DNA of 64,000 nt, taken from the NCBI GenBank assembly GCA_000004985.1, contig GG738918.1; one strand, 5' to 3'. Made by a program: the position numbers and the translations under genes. The number at the start of each line of letters is the position of its first letter. Positions within the stretch are counted from its first letter, which is position 1. Positions 1 to 11,842 of this stretch are shown piece by piece. The DNA is from Naegleria gruberi (Eukaryota). Under the pieces are notes generated by a model. It was given only the letters and a program-made list of their open reading frames with translations, ran no database searches and was not told the origin of the DNA.

Positions 1-70
1 GTTAAGGGATGGAATGTAATCGAATCAAAGGAAACGATTGAACCCAAAAAAAAGAAATCCAAAAAGAAGT
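1..70 (+). CDS. 3' terminal fragment of a gene that begins upstream of the window (…VKGWNVIESKETIEPKKKKSKKK*)
   Basis: Frame +1 is open from base 1 to a TAA at 68-70 and ends in a Lys-rich tail. No start lies inside the window. Weak support: short and without a recognisable domain. Confidence 0.2.
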
Positions 71-420
71 AAAACATTGAGGACTATTTCATTTCTCATT
101 GGTAGAAACGATTCTTCACTTTGCAACATTGCATTAGAAGAGATGTCACAATTGACTAGAGTTAATTTTGACCATTTAAGGTTTAATTTAATACAAATAA
201 TATTTATTTTGTAGTAAACCTTAGGAAGAGTGATTGTACAAAAAGTTCAAAAACAACACTCCTTTTTCTATTTGCTTCGAGTTGAATTGCTCTAACAAAT
301 TTCACCACTCTGAAAAATCATCATCACAAAATTAAAATAATTTGATGATGAAATTTTCGGAATGTAAAATTTCAATTCCCTCTCTTCACTCTTCCTCTAT
401 CTCATCACAGCAATGATGAT

Positions 421-681
421 TTACTTGAGAGACTTTCTTTCAGCGATCAATGCAGCTTGGGCCTTTCTTTGAGCCTTCACTTGTTCTTGCATTTCAACAC
501 TGTTCACCTTATTCATTGGATTGGAAATTGATGAGGCAACAAATCTCTTATTGGAGATTAATCTCATCTTGGAACGACCAGTCTTTTCCTTTCCAAGCAA
601 GTGCTTATCAGTTACGTTAGCAGCTGGAGTTTGATGCTTAACTTTTCCTGCTCTAGTCAATGATCCGTGAGTCTTGGCCAT
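421..681 (-). CDS. rps30: 40S ribosomal protein eS30-like (small ribosomal subunit protein S30)
   Basis: The N-terminus MAKTHGSLTRAGKVKHQTP closely matches the eS30 signature (MAKVHGSLARAGKVKSQTP), followed by a basic ...GRSKMRL..KRFV segment. The ATG at 681 is preceded by an A/T-rich leader. The C-terminal 30 aa diverge from known S30, so a small unspliced intron or a genuine extension cannot be excluded. Confidence 0.55.
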   Translation of the reverse strand: MAKTHGSLTRAGKVKHQTPAANVTDKHLLGKEKTGRSKMRLISNKRFVASSISNPMNKVNSVEMQEQVKAQRKAQAALIAERKSLK

Positions 682-912
682 TTTGTTGTTGATTTCAATT
701 ATTATTCTAACTTCAGTTCTTGATTTTTTTGTTTTTTATTTTTAGAATTGGAAATTGCAAAATTTATAACAATTTTTAAAGTGTTAAATTGTGAGATTGA
801 GATGGAAAAGTTGCTTTTTCAATCTTGATATCAATTATGAAATGAAACTGTATTTAAATGAGATAGATTTTGTCAGAGGTAATTACAACGACTGTAACAT
901 TTCAATATTTAT

Positions 913-1887
913 TTAATACAAGTCAACTTGAACAGTTCTCAAATAAAATTCAGCAACAATTCCAAACACAAAAGGACCACTTTTGGTTTGCTTGAATACA
1001 GCAGTAATGTATTGATTATCTGTTCCTCTCACAACCAAATTTGCATTATTTGGATTGAGATTAACAATAAATGGATTGGAAGAGTACAAAATGTCAACAG
1101 GTTGATTATTATTACCAAGTGAAGGATCATTTAACAATCTGACCTTGACACCAATGGTTGTACCTTCTGGAACATTATCCTTTTTGAAAGTCATCCAATT
1201 TTGGAAAATGAAAGGATGATACATTTCAAAGTGGCCACTGTTAATATCATTAACATATGGATAAGAAAGGAAACTCTTTGCATAGTATTTGAGTCTGAAT
1301 TGAGAAGAAGGAGCTTGCAAATTAAAGTAAATGATGAATTGACTTCCAATGGATTGAGGTAATGAAAGAGTTGCATTCAATCCATTTCCAAAGAATTCAT
1401 AATTTGCAGCAGATGGTGATCCCGTCTTTGTACTGGCATAAAGCAACAATTGTGAGTCCATATCTGGTCCATTAAATGTTATTTGTAGAGTGTAATTCAA
1501 ATTAGTGGAATAGGGCATGGAAAGTGTCGTGTAAACAAAAGTTGACTTGGAAACAATGAATGGAGTTGGAGAACCATATCTATCGGTGAATATTTCAATG
1601 GCATCACTTGGAGTTCCCTTCAATAAACACAAAATACGTGCAGAATTGGATCTGCCAGAATCACATGTATTACAAGTGGATTGACCTTGTTGTGGAGCAA
1701 TGGCTCCATCTTGACAAACATAACTATGGTCATCACCTGGACAATAGGTGCCATAGTCACAAACATGACATATTTGTTCAATGTTTTGAGTTGCAAAATA
1801 ACCTTTTGGACAAACGCTACAGTTGACCACATGTGAACATGCAGCAACAATAAGAATTAATAGCAAGAGAGGAAAGAGTTTGTGCAT
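913..1887 (-). CDS. secreted cysteine-rich protein of unknown function (signal peptide + Cys-rich module + beta-rich domain)
   Basis: ATG at 1887 (aaaaaaATGcac); the ORF track's earlier M is a GTG. Hydrophobic signal peptide MHKLFPLLLLILIVAACSHV. Spaced Cys motifs follow (CPKGYF..CHVCDYGTYCPGDDHSYVCQDG..CNTCDSG). The ORF is continuous to the stop at 913. Confidence 0.6.
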   Translation of the reverse strand: MHKLFPLLLLILIVAACSHVVNCSVCPKGYFATQNIEQICHVCDYGTYCPGDDHSYVCQDGAIAPQQGQSTCNTCDSGRSNSARILCLLKGTPSDAIEIFTDRYGSPTPFIVSKSTFVYTTLSMPYSTNLNYTLQITFNGPDMDSQLLLYASTKTGSPSAANYEFFGNGLNATLSLPQSIGSQFIIYFNLQAPSSQFRLKYYAKSFLSYPYVNDINSGHFEMYHPFIFQNWMTFKKDNVPEGTTIGVKVRLLNDPSLGNNNQPVDILYSSNPFIVNLNPNNANLVVRGTDNQYITAVFKQTKSGPFVFGIVAEFYLRTVQVDLY

Positions 1888-2572
1888 TTTTTTGTTATTC
1901 GAATCCTCCACAACAGGTTAGTTATCAATCTCCATTTATATTTGTTTGGAATGTTTTGCGGGGTTGGGAAAAATGTAATAATTTTTGCATGTTTCCAGGA
2001 ACTTGTGGGGATTAACATTAATGGAAGACGAAACTCCTGAATCGTGAATTAAAGCATTGAAATTAACAACATTTTAAATGCATTATAATCTTCTTGTTAA
2101 GAATGAAAAATTGTAATTAACATACTGTTACTACACCCCCAAGTGTTTGAGAACTGACTTTAGTATATATTGGTTTCAATGTTTTTATTTCTTTTCATAT
2201 TACTGTACCATCTTCCAACAGCAACTTGTGATTTCCTAGTTGTCCTCCTTATTTCTTTTTGTTTCTTTTCATAATGATGCAAACAATCAACATAAAACAT
2301 AAACTCCAACACAAGGACTGAAATTAATGCAATGGCAAAGGTCAAATTGAGAAACAGGAATGGTTTCCTTAATAAAAACAAGCGAAAAGTCAATTCATGA
2401 ATTGGTAGTAATCAAATTGGTGCTGAAGGAGTTAATTGATCATTATTATAACATCACTACAGGAGTAGACCATAGATTAGTTTGTTTCGTGCATCAAACC
2501 TTTGGAAATGTGAACTCATGAACTTTGTTATCCTTATACTCTGAGAAAATTACAAAATAATATTAAAAAAAA

Positions 2573-3884
2573 ATGTTAAACTTGTTGTCATCCTCCAAGT
2601 CATCATCAAAATCATCAAAATCGTCAGCATCTTCCTATTATGCACCAGCTTCTTCGGGAGCTGCTGGGGAAATGTATAGTCCCATTCATCAATTTGTTGC
2701 CGCATCGTGTAAGAATATTTTAATTTGTGGATGTGGTGGAGGCTTTGATGTTTATTCGGGTTTGTATTTTGCTGATCATCATTCTGATTATTAATCGTGA
2801 TTGTATTTAATTGTATTTAATTGTATTTAATTTGGAATCTTGATGATCGGGTGTTTGATTTTGACAAATAGGATTGCCATTGTATTTTGATTTCAAGGCC
2901 ATGGGAAAGAATGTTTATTTGGCTAATTTGGCGTTTACTGATGTATCAAGTAGGTATTTATGATTTCTCTTAAATGTCAAACTTCGAAGGAATGGATAAA
3001 AAGACTGAAAATATTGAACTTCCTTCTTATAAAGGAAAGAATACATTGTTTGCAGTGAATGCAGAGTCAGATAATCATGATTTGGAATACTTCCCTGAAA
3101 AGTATTTGTGTGAATATTTGAAAAAGGAGCATATTGAAGAGAATCCAATTGTTTATACCTTTTCAAGAGAAACTGGTGTTGTTGGAATAACTGAAGGATA
3201 TGAAATTATCATCAAGAGACATGATATCGATATGATGATTATTGTGGACGGAGGAAATGATGTCATGATGAGGGTATGTCTATTGAATTCAATGTTGAAA
3301 CTAATGTGAAATTATAGGGAAATGAAACTGGATTAGGATCTCCACAGGAAGATTCAATGAGTGTTGTTGGAGCTTATGGAATTTCCACTAGTGTGCTCCC
3401 AATGGAGAGAAGAATTGTAACTTGCATTGGATTTGGAGTGGATCATTATCATGGAGTGAATAGTTGCTTATTCTTTGAAAATACTAGTGAAATAATTACC
3501 AAGTTTGATAATGGATTTTTAGGAGTATGTTCTGTGGTGAGAGAGTGGAATTGTTTCAAACAATTTAAAAAGTCATGCCAATATACTTTCAATATTATGA
3601 AGAAAGCTCCCTCCATTGTTAGTAGTTGTATCATTGCTGCTATTGAAGGTCAATATGGAAATTATCATCCTCCAGAAATCAAGTCACGTACCTCTGGATC
3701 AACCTTGTATATTAATCCAATGATGAGCATGTATTGGTTCTATTCCTTGAATTCTATTGCTAATCAATTGTTGTATAAAAAATTTATTGAAACCTCAAAG
3801 AGTATGGAAGATTTGAATAGAGGTTTGAGGACTTATAGAAATAATTTAAAGACTATGAGAAAACCAAGTCCTTTCCCTCATTAA
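2573..3884 (+). CDS. conserved hypothetical protein, 4 exons: join(2573..2759,2872..2949,2990..3273,3318..3884)
   Basis: Three in-frame ORF pieces (2573, 2974 and 3357) are joined by introns with good donor/acceptor signals: gtttgt…atag, gtaggt…gaag and gtatgt…tatag. The splices preserve frame and yield a contiguous protein with Gly-rich motifs (ICGCGGGFD, IVDGGNDVMM, GAYGISTSV, CIGFGVDHYHG). The family was not recognised. Confidence 0.5.
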
Positions 3885-4235
3885 ATTGTTTCACCAATTT
3901 GATTTTCTTCAATATATAATGTTTTTAATTAAATCAGCCTCTTGAACTCCAAACTGAGTTGTTTCTGGAAACTCACAATAATCTGAAATATTTGATGCGA
4001 TAATTATCTCGGAAGTTACTGAACTAAGAAGCAGTTGTTATTAGACTATTGCAAGGAGAGATTTCAAATTCATACCGTGTTAAACAAGCGAGGAATTAAC
4101 AGGATAACTAGAAAATTGAAATGTTTAAAAAGTGCCTTATTTGTGCGAAAGGAGACAATAAAGTTCTTAGGTTGGCTGATCAGGTTCAGTAAATCGATAA
4201 TGTAGGATATTTAATTACATAATTTTAAAATCAAT

Positions 4236-7200
4236 TTAGTTTTGAGTTATTGTTGAATCTAGATTATAAACAGGTTGTGAATTAGGAAATTCAGTGTTGA
4301 GTGTTGTTGGTGGTGATGATTGTATTACTCCTTTACCTCTATTTTGCAGTAATGTTTGAATATCAGAGCATAAGTTTTCAAAATAAGGAGAAGGTGTCCT
4401 CAAGTATCTTTTCAGTAAATTGATTGCTCGCAAATCACTAGCCAAAATTTCATAATAATCAATTGGTCCTATTTTACCATCGAGTGAAATTATTCCATTT
4501 GTAAAGTTTGATCTCTGTCCTGCCTCAATAGCTCTGACAATATGATAGTGGACTCTGGCACCAAGTGCAACATATCCCATCATGTCAACAGATGAAAATC
4601 TATATAAACATGTTAATATTTCTTTAAATGTTTTGAAAATACTTACGCATAGAGTTGGGAGTAGGTTGTATAGGTAATTTTAAGCGCTGATTCTTCTATG
4701 AGATCCTTTCTTTCTCCAGCTTTAGTCAAAATTGCAATCTTTAATCCGTTAGTCATGAGAATATAAACAAGGTCAATTCTTCTCAAGTCCTTAATATCAA
4801 CTGGTTTGGCAAGATTGTCTGTTTGGACGTGTAACAGTTTGAAGAGTGTCTCTACAACATCTAGTGTTTCTTGATAATTACTAGATGTAATTTCTTGATT
4901 TACAATATTTTGGAACTCTGGTGGAAGACTTTGACCAGTAGAAAGGGAATATAATTGTGGAATTTGCTTGATTACGTCCATTACATTTCCTGTAAAATCG
5001 TTCAATAATCTGTTACTGACACTAGTTTTAGCAAAGGCATGATATCTTTTAAGAATTTGTTGTTTTTCATCGAGCTGGTCAGTTGGAATATCTTGTAAGT
5101 GATAATCAACAAGTTTGAGGAAAAAGTTAGCAGTCTTAATGTCATGATTCAAAGACTCCACATAGGACATAAAGCAATACGAACAAGCAACATAGAAATT
5201 AGAATAATCAGTAAAAACTGTTGATAAAGCTTGCCTTGCTTCCTGAACAGCTTTGACTCCACTCTCCACAGAACCAACTCTATATTCACACAATGCTCTA
5301 ATTGCCATAAAGAGAACTTCCATTTCCTTCTTATTTGGTGTTCCTACAGGACAGGCATCACTCAAGTAAAATTCCATTTCAGATCTATCAATTAATGGAA
5401 AATCTGGACATAAATATGTAAAGTACAAATCCAAAACTTTTGTCTTGACCAATAAATTAACAGATTGTGATGGTTGTGAACTTTTGTTGCTAACACTCTT
5501 ATTCTTCTTCTTTTTCTTCTTCTTTGGTAATGGTTGAGAAGTGTTTCTCTTTGGTGTTCTATAGGTACATTCCACACCTCTGGAAACACATTTGGTACAA
5601 GCTGGCAATTTCTTGTCACACTAATTAATTCATTAGAAATTAAACAATTATTAAGCTGAAACAAACCTTTTTGTGTAGAGATCTACATTGCACACAGGCA
5701 ATTGGGTGATATTCACAATCGTCATCTTCATTTTCCTCTTCATCGTCATCATCTTCATCCTCTTCATCATTAAATGTTTCCGCTGATGAGAATGGTTCGA
5801 TTTCTCTAGGTATTCCACTAGCAGGGCTGTTCATATTACCATTGGTGTTGTTGTTATTAGTATTATACATTAATGATGGAGCATTTCCAGAACTGCTATT
5901 ACTATTACTGAAATTTTGTTGTGGAGCTGGTGTAAAATTATGTATGATTTGTTGTTGATTATTCATTATTGGTTGAGGTTGATAGGAACTTTGTTGGAAT
6001 GTTGATTGAGGAGTATTCGTGACTTTGGTGCCATTACTAGTAAATGTATTACCATTATAATATTGGAATTGATAAGTTTGTGGAGTATTACTATTAGATT
6101 GTCTTCCTCGCTTCTTTTGATTAGGAGTATGTTGATGGAATTGGAATTGAATATTTCCCTGTTGATGATCCATTGAAAGATTAGGAGAAGCACTCGTCAC
6201 ATTGTGATGATTTGATGAGCTCATTGGTTGATTGCTATACATTACATTATTCTGTTGATGTGGCTGCTGTTGATGTTGATATCCATTATCTATCACACCA
6301 CCATTATTATATTGTGTTTGTTGACTATTATAATTGAACCCATTAGTACTAGATGAATGATTGGAAGGAGATGGTGTTGTGTGAGGATCTGGTTTCATCA
6401 TCATGCCAGATAATCCCATGTTGGTAGAATTTTGCTTTAAACCATACGGACCAGCTGTTGTTGTTGTATTGTTATTACTAGTACTCTGATTATTCATCAT
6501 CATTGTTGCACTATAATTAAAGTGTTGTTGTTGTTGTTGCTGTTGTGGATACAAATTGTTATTGCTGCTGCCATTATACAACAGAGGTGGAGATGATGAC
6601 AATGTTCCTGCGGAGGATGGATGAATGGATGTTGCTGCAGCAGCTGAGGATTGTTGAGGAGGAGTAGAGCCAACCATCATCATGTTGCTTGCTTTGTTTG
6701 TTTGAGAAGATAATGGATTCAAAGATAACATATGATGATGAGTATTCGGAACGAGAGGTGGAGATGAAGTGTTATGTTGTGGGAGATTTTGAACATTTCC
6801 ATTGTTGTAATTATTGCTTTGCATCAGGGAATGTTGTGAAGAGTGATTATGATGGAGAGGAGGTTGATGATGAGAATTCATGTTATTATTATTATTTGAT
6901 GATAATGATGTATTATTATTACTAATGGTGCTACTGCTATTATTATGATGTTGACCACTATTAAAAGAATTTGAATTTAAACTATTCATAATATAATTAT
7001 TTGCTTCGGAAGGTGATGACCTTGTCCCTCCTCCTACTGTTGAATTCATACCAGTAATATTATTATTATTATTATTCATCACTATTTGATTATTATTCGT
7101 ATTCGTATTGATATTCATATTCGATGAACCATCACCAGCCATCAACGATAACAATGATGATCCAGGCGATGCCGATGTATTATTATTATTATGAAAATTT

Positions 7201-8078
7201 AAATCGCTAATACCAGTATTACTGTTTCCCGCGCTCTTATTATTTACTGTAGCTAAATCAATTTCCGTTGCACCACCAACACTTATCTTGAGAGAGTTGT
7301 TGTTTGCTTCTTCCAGATGCTGATAATTGTGATTGTGATTATTATTGTCGGGAATCACTGCGACACTTCCTCTATGATTGCCGCTACAATTGGTCAAAGA
7401 TGATGAAGTGATGATATTTGTTTTGAAAAGTTGTTGTTGTGGTGGTTGTTGTGGTTGGACATGCTTGATGATGTTATGACCACCACCAATTAACAAACTA
7501 TCACATGAAGTTGAAGGTAATGTAGCAGCGCTGCTCATGAATATCATGTTGCTATCTGAATCTATTTCGTCATTGTTTCGAATATAATTGGTTGAGGTTG
7601 TTAATAGGACAGAATCGAGATCTGTAGAAATGGAATTGGAAGAAACTGTAGCTGGATTGACTAATGTGTAAAGTTCAAAGCTCGTTGGATTATTGGATGA
7701 AGAGGAATTGTGAATTAATTGTTGTTGAATTAAGTGTTGGAGAAAGGAAGAAGTTTGAGAAGGATTCGAATTTTGATTATTCGAAACTGAATTTAACACA
7801 TGTTGCTGAGCTTGTGAAGAATTCATTCCTGCTGATGAATGACGAGTATTGTTATTATTATTACTGGAAAGAATTAAATTCAATAAGCTTGAAGTATTAG
7901 AAACAGATGCTCCACTTTTTCTTTCTGATAATTCAGACGAAACCATTTCTTCCTCATCTCCTACATGATCTTGCTGATTACAATTGAAAGAAGAGGAATA
8001 AATAGCTTGTTGAGCATTTTGTGAAAGAAACAAATTTGAGATATTGCTGTCATCAATCAAAGGAATGTTTCCTTCCAA
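4236..8078 (-). CDS. Zn(II)2Cys6 (Gal4-type) transcription factor with fungal-type middle-homology region, 3 exons: complement(join(4236..4599,4647..5620,5668..8078))
   Basis: Exon 1 (812 aa) is N/Q/S-rich and ends with an acidic patch and the first half of the zinc cluster (CVQCRSLHKK). A 47-nt intron (gtttgt…ttag) splits the cluster, and exon 2 begins CDKKLPACTKCVSRGVEC. This gives a canonical C-x2-C-x6-C-x5-C-x2-C-x6-C spacing. Exon 2 carries a Fungal_trans-like region, and a second 47-nt intron (gtaagt…tatag) joins exon 3 in frame. Confidence 0.7.
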
Positions 8079-9789
8079 TTCTGATGTGGAAAATTGTGGT
8101 TGGACATCAGAAGAAATCGGGAGTTCATGTTGTTGATTGTTTGAAAGTGATTGTGATGATGTAGTTGATGTTAAAACAATGTTTAAATCTAAGTGAATTC
8201 GAATTATTTCGAATAGAGATTAGTTTGGAATGCATGGATTGAAAAGTAAGTGTTACTACTACTACATGTGTTGTAGAATGGAAAACATACCAGTCTTATT
8301 ATTTTTCAACATGTTGATAGAATTATTACTGTCAGTTGTCAATGTTGAAGTGTTATTTGATGGTAAGGATGAAGAATTGTTATTCATTCCCTATTATCAA
8401 TCTTTCCGAAACTTATTTCCTTCTGAAAAGTCAAGGCAACACTTTCTAGTTCTCTTTCTTTCGAATAACTGTTCAATAGAAGGCAATTCTTATCCGTGTG
8501 CACAATCTTACTATTCGATTGACCTGTTTTTTAATTTTTAACTTCAATAGAACGTTCAAACTCAAACAAAATCTCCAAACAATTGTTTATTTCCCACACT
8601 AGAATAAAGAAACTAAACTAAACTTATTGGCTAACATGAAAGTAACACTGAAGAATGTTTCTGGTAACAGTACCACTTCTTGTCTTCAGTTTGCATATTC
8701 AATTCACTTAATATTCTGTCCGACTTGTAAGCGCACTTATTAAAAGGTATGATTAGTGACATTCTATGATTGCGAAATGAGCTTGATTTTCGGTAACTGG
8801 TACGTCTAAGATAATGTAAGATAATTTTAGGGGCTATCTATTTAGCAAATCCCAATCACCAAGTCAAGGTCAATTGTCAAGTTTAGTGATTAAACCCGGG
8901 CTTGTGAAGGCTCCTCAATTTTTGCGAGTTGTGATTTTCCAAATTCAAATGTGATTTCGTTTTTAAAATTAAGAGAATGATGGGAATCAACTGGTAGAAA
9001 CGTGAAATTTCGAATATAATGAAACGGTTAATGGGAAGGTTTCGTAATCAGTGACCGAAAGTGAGGAAGAAATATGGTAAGATTGGCTAGTAATGGCAAT
9101 GGTAAGGGTTTGTCCTCATTATGTTGTTGGAAATGGTGTCGAGTAACGATGCATTGTTTATGGTTTCGTTTCAAATAAGAAAGGAGTAACAAGGTTGCTA
9201 TCTGATAGTCAAATTAAATGAATTACTAGGTGGGTAGTTGATTGAACAGTTGAAATTCAACATTGGGAAATATCTACTAATTGAGATTATTCGAATACTT
9301 TCCAAAAGTTTAGCAAGGTTTCGAATAATGTTTTCGGGTTGCAATTTGTCATTGATTCAGTTTTGTCTCAATTAGTCCATCTTAATTTCAGTCATGCGGC
9401 CTTCGTATTGATGCTGTATAACCTAAACCATAGAATTTCGTTTTGGTCATTAAATTTTTAAACTCTTCAATAAGTTGATAGAGAGCTACAAAACATGTTG
9501 AATGTTGCAATCATCATAAATGGTCATGGAAACCATCTTTCAAAAAATTACTTTCTAGTGTGCAAGTTGTCAATAAATGTTTCTATTATCCCATGTTTCG
9601 TACACTAGTACTATCCACACTGTTATTCGAATCTTCTACTAGCGGATTGTTATTATCTGTGAGATTTGGGTATTAGGTGAATTTACAGAAATTTACATTG
9701 ACTTGCAGTTATTCCTCATCACCCTTAATATTGGTACATGTAATGAGGTTGTAGATGAGATTATTGACTAATCAAATAAAGTTCACCAA

Positions 9790-11559
9790 TTACATGAATA
9801 GACAAGACTTTTTGGTTGGAACCTTTGGTGGTGTTTTCTGAACAAACGCTTTGGCAAAATCTTCAGTTGTGAGAACAATTTCCTCTGGAAGCTTTTCAGG
9901 AATATTCTGAATATCATATCTTGGAGCAATTTCAGCCAAATATCTCAATAGGGCGAACATTTTGTACCTGTAACAAATGTCCACTGCTGTTTCTCCTTGA
10001 TTATTTGTAATGTTGAAATTTAAAAAGTATTTCCTTTCGGCAACAGTTGGTAATTTGTCTAGTATTGCTATAATCGATTTCAATTTTGAAATTTGTCCGA
10101 ATTGAGCATAGTAGTGAGCTACCGTTAATCCATCTCGGTCTTGAGCATTGAAATGAACCAAATGTTCCATCATCTTGGTGATTATTGATGTCTTTTCTTT
10201 TGTAACTATTATAAATGTTGAGTTTCTGCCATCCAATCTGTTATTTGCTGCAAACAAATGATTCAAAATGCGAGTTGTATCCTCCACATTGTTAGTATCC
10301 TGATTGTAAAACGTAAAATAATCAAATATGAAATCAATTACATGACGCATATCACCACTGATCGCCATGTGAAGAATATTAAACCCTTGAATGTCCTTTA
10401 GATCTGTATCTAGTCCAAAAGGTGAATATACTTGAAAGAATTTGACAAGTGAAGGAATTATATTGTTGTGAAAATGCTCAAATTCTTGCATATTTTTGAT
10501 CTTTCTCTGTTGATAAGCTTTCAATCTGGTTTTCCTCAATGAAAAATTACTTGACAAGTAGGAAAAATAATAATCTACAACTTCCTCATATTTCGAATAA
10601 ACCAACATTTTGGAGGCAATCACCGAGCAAGGCAAATTAAACTTGACATTAGGTACCAGCTTTTTGAATATTGGCAGATTATCAAAGGATGTCAAAGGAA
10701 TTAGAGTATCGTAATAGGCAGACTCCAAATTTTCAATGGATGAAATCAGACCCATCAATTCAAAAGGTAGTATTAGATCAATACTCATAGTATTAAAACC
10801 TGTAAGACATGTGCATTCGTAACAACTAATATTCTTCAATTTTGATTCTTTCATTTTTTCAAGCAAAATTGTAAAGGAAGATTCAAGTTTTGATTTGGAT
10901 TCGAATTTCACATTCAAAATCCGTGCAGGATCCATAAAATATAAATATTGCTGATGTGTAATAACATCCGCATTTTCACTATACAGAATCTTTCTTGACA
11001 TATTTGAAAAATCAACAGTACACTGAACAAACTTGATACTCTCCACCTCTTTTCCCCATTCCACAAAAATCAAATACAACAATGCAGCATTCAATTCTAA
11101 ATTCCTAAAAGTAATTGATCTCAATTTGTTAAAATTCATCAAGACATTCCTCAAAAATCCAAACATGACATAACTCATGGCATTGCTACCGTAATTTTTC
11201 ACAAATAATTCATCTTCATACTGTTCCGGAAGTCCCACTCTACTCGCATAATCTTTCAAATTAAATTTCAACATATTGAGAACAACCAAAGATGAATTCT
11301 GATCCCAAAACAATTCAGTACAATCCTCCTTCATACACTCCTCACATAATTCCTTCCAGTGTGATGAAACCCTCTTGAGTTGAAATAAATAGGGAATTGG
11401 TGGAAGAAACGAGAGAATAAATTGGAAAACATCCAAACCGACACGATTCATAAATTCCGACCATAATTTAATTTCCTGATGATGATCATCATTAGGAATT
11501 GATGAAATTTCTGGCGCGTGCGGGAATTGATCTGTTTCGTGATCTTGGGGTGGCGACAT
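9790..11559 (-). CDS. F-box-like / ankyrin-repeat protein
   Basis: Continuous 589-aa ORF with its ATG at 11559 preceded by poly-A. The N-terminus carries an F-box-like motif (LSFLPPIPYLFQLKRVSSHWKELC). The C-terminal third has ankyrin-like repeats (GFNILHMAISGD..; DGRNSTFIIV; DRDGLTVAHYYAQFGQ; NNQGETAVDICYRY). Confidence 0.6.
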   Translation of the reverse strand: MSPPQDHETDQFPHAPEISSIPNDDHHQEIKLWSEFMNRVGLDVFQFILSFLPPIPYLFQLKRVSSHWKELCEECMKEDCTELFWDQNSSLVVLNMLKFNLKDYASRVGLPEQYEDELFVKNYGSNAMSYVMFGFLRNVLMNFNKLRSITFRNLELNAALLYLIFVEWGKEVESIKFVQCTVDFSNMSRKILYSENADVITHQQYLYFMDPARILNVKFESKSKLESSFTILLEKMKESKLKNISCYECTCLTGFNTMSIDLILPFELMGLISSIENLESAYYDTLIPLTSFDNLPIFKKLVPNVKFNLPCSVIASKMLVYSKYEEVVDYYFSYLSSNFSLRKTRLKAYQQRKIKNMQEFEHFHNNIIPSLVKFFQVYSPFGLDTDLKDIQGFNILHMAISGDMRHVIDFIFDYFTFYNQDTNNVEDTTRILNHLFAANNRLDGRNSTFIIVTKEKTSIITKMMEHLVHFNAQDRDGLTVAHYYAQFGQISKLKSIIAILDKLPTVAERKYFLNFNITNNQGETAVDICYRYKMFALLRYLAEIAPRYDIQNIPEKLPEEIVLTTEDFAKAFVQKTPPKVPTKKSCLFM

Positions 11560-11842
11560 TTTTTTTTCTTAATTTTTTTTTTAATTTCCCTCGCAAAATG
11601 TTTAATTTTTTGTAAACTATTTAATGAAATAGTTGAAAACAGGTAGTGAAAGTTTTGGTAAGTGAAAGTTTATTTTTGATTGGAGATATAGGTTTCTAAT
11701 ATTCAAAATAAGTCAATGACTAGTGTTGATGTCTGTTTCCTTGAAAATTGTTAATGGCAATGCTGCAACTATTCGAAAGCTATTTAAACAACTTTCGAAC
11801 TAAACTTCCAACAATAATCAAAACATTAAAAAAAGAAACAAA

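Noticed and set aside
421-681. Possibility that the eS30 ORF is an ubiquitin-like fusion (FAU-type)
   Set aside because: No ubiquitin-like sequence precedes the MAKTHGSL start. Upstream is an AT-rich promoter, so the gene is standalone S30.
2160-2393. 77-aa minus-strand ORF with a hydrophobic segment
   Set aside because: It is short and isolated with no start context or homology signal, and it is probably 3' UTR of the Cys-rich protein gene. It was not called.
8230-8541. 103-aa + strand ORF just upstream of the Zn2Cys6 gene
   Set aside because: The M is part of a YYYY-rich low-complexity run and there is no start context. It lies in the promoter/5' region of the minus-strand transcription factor gene.
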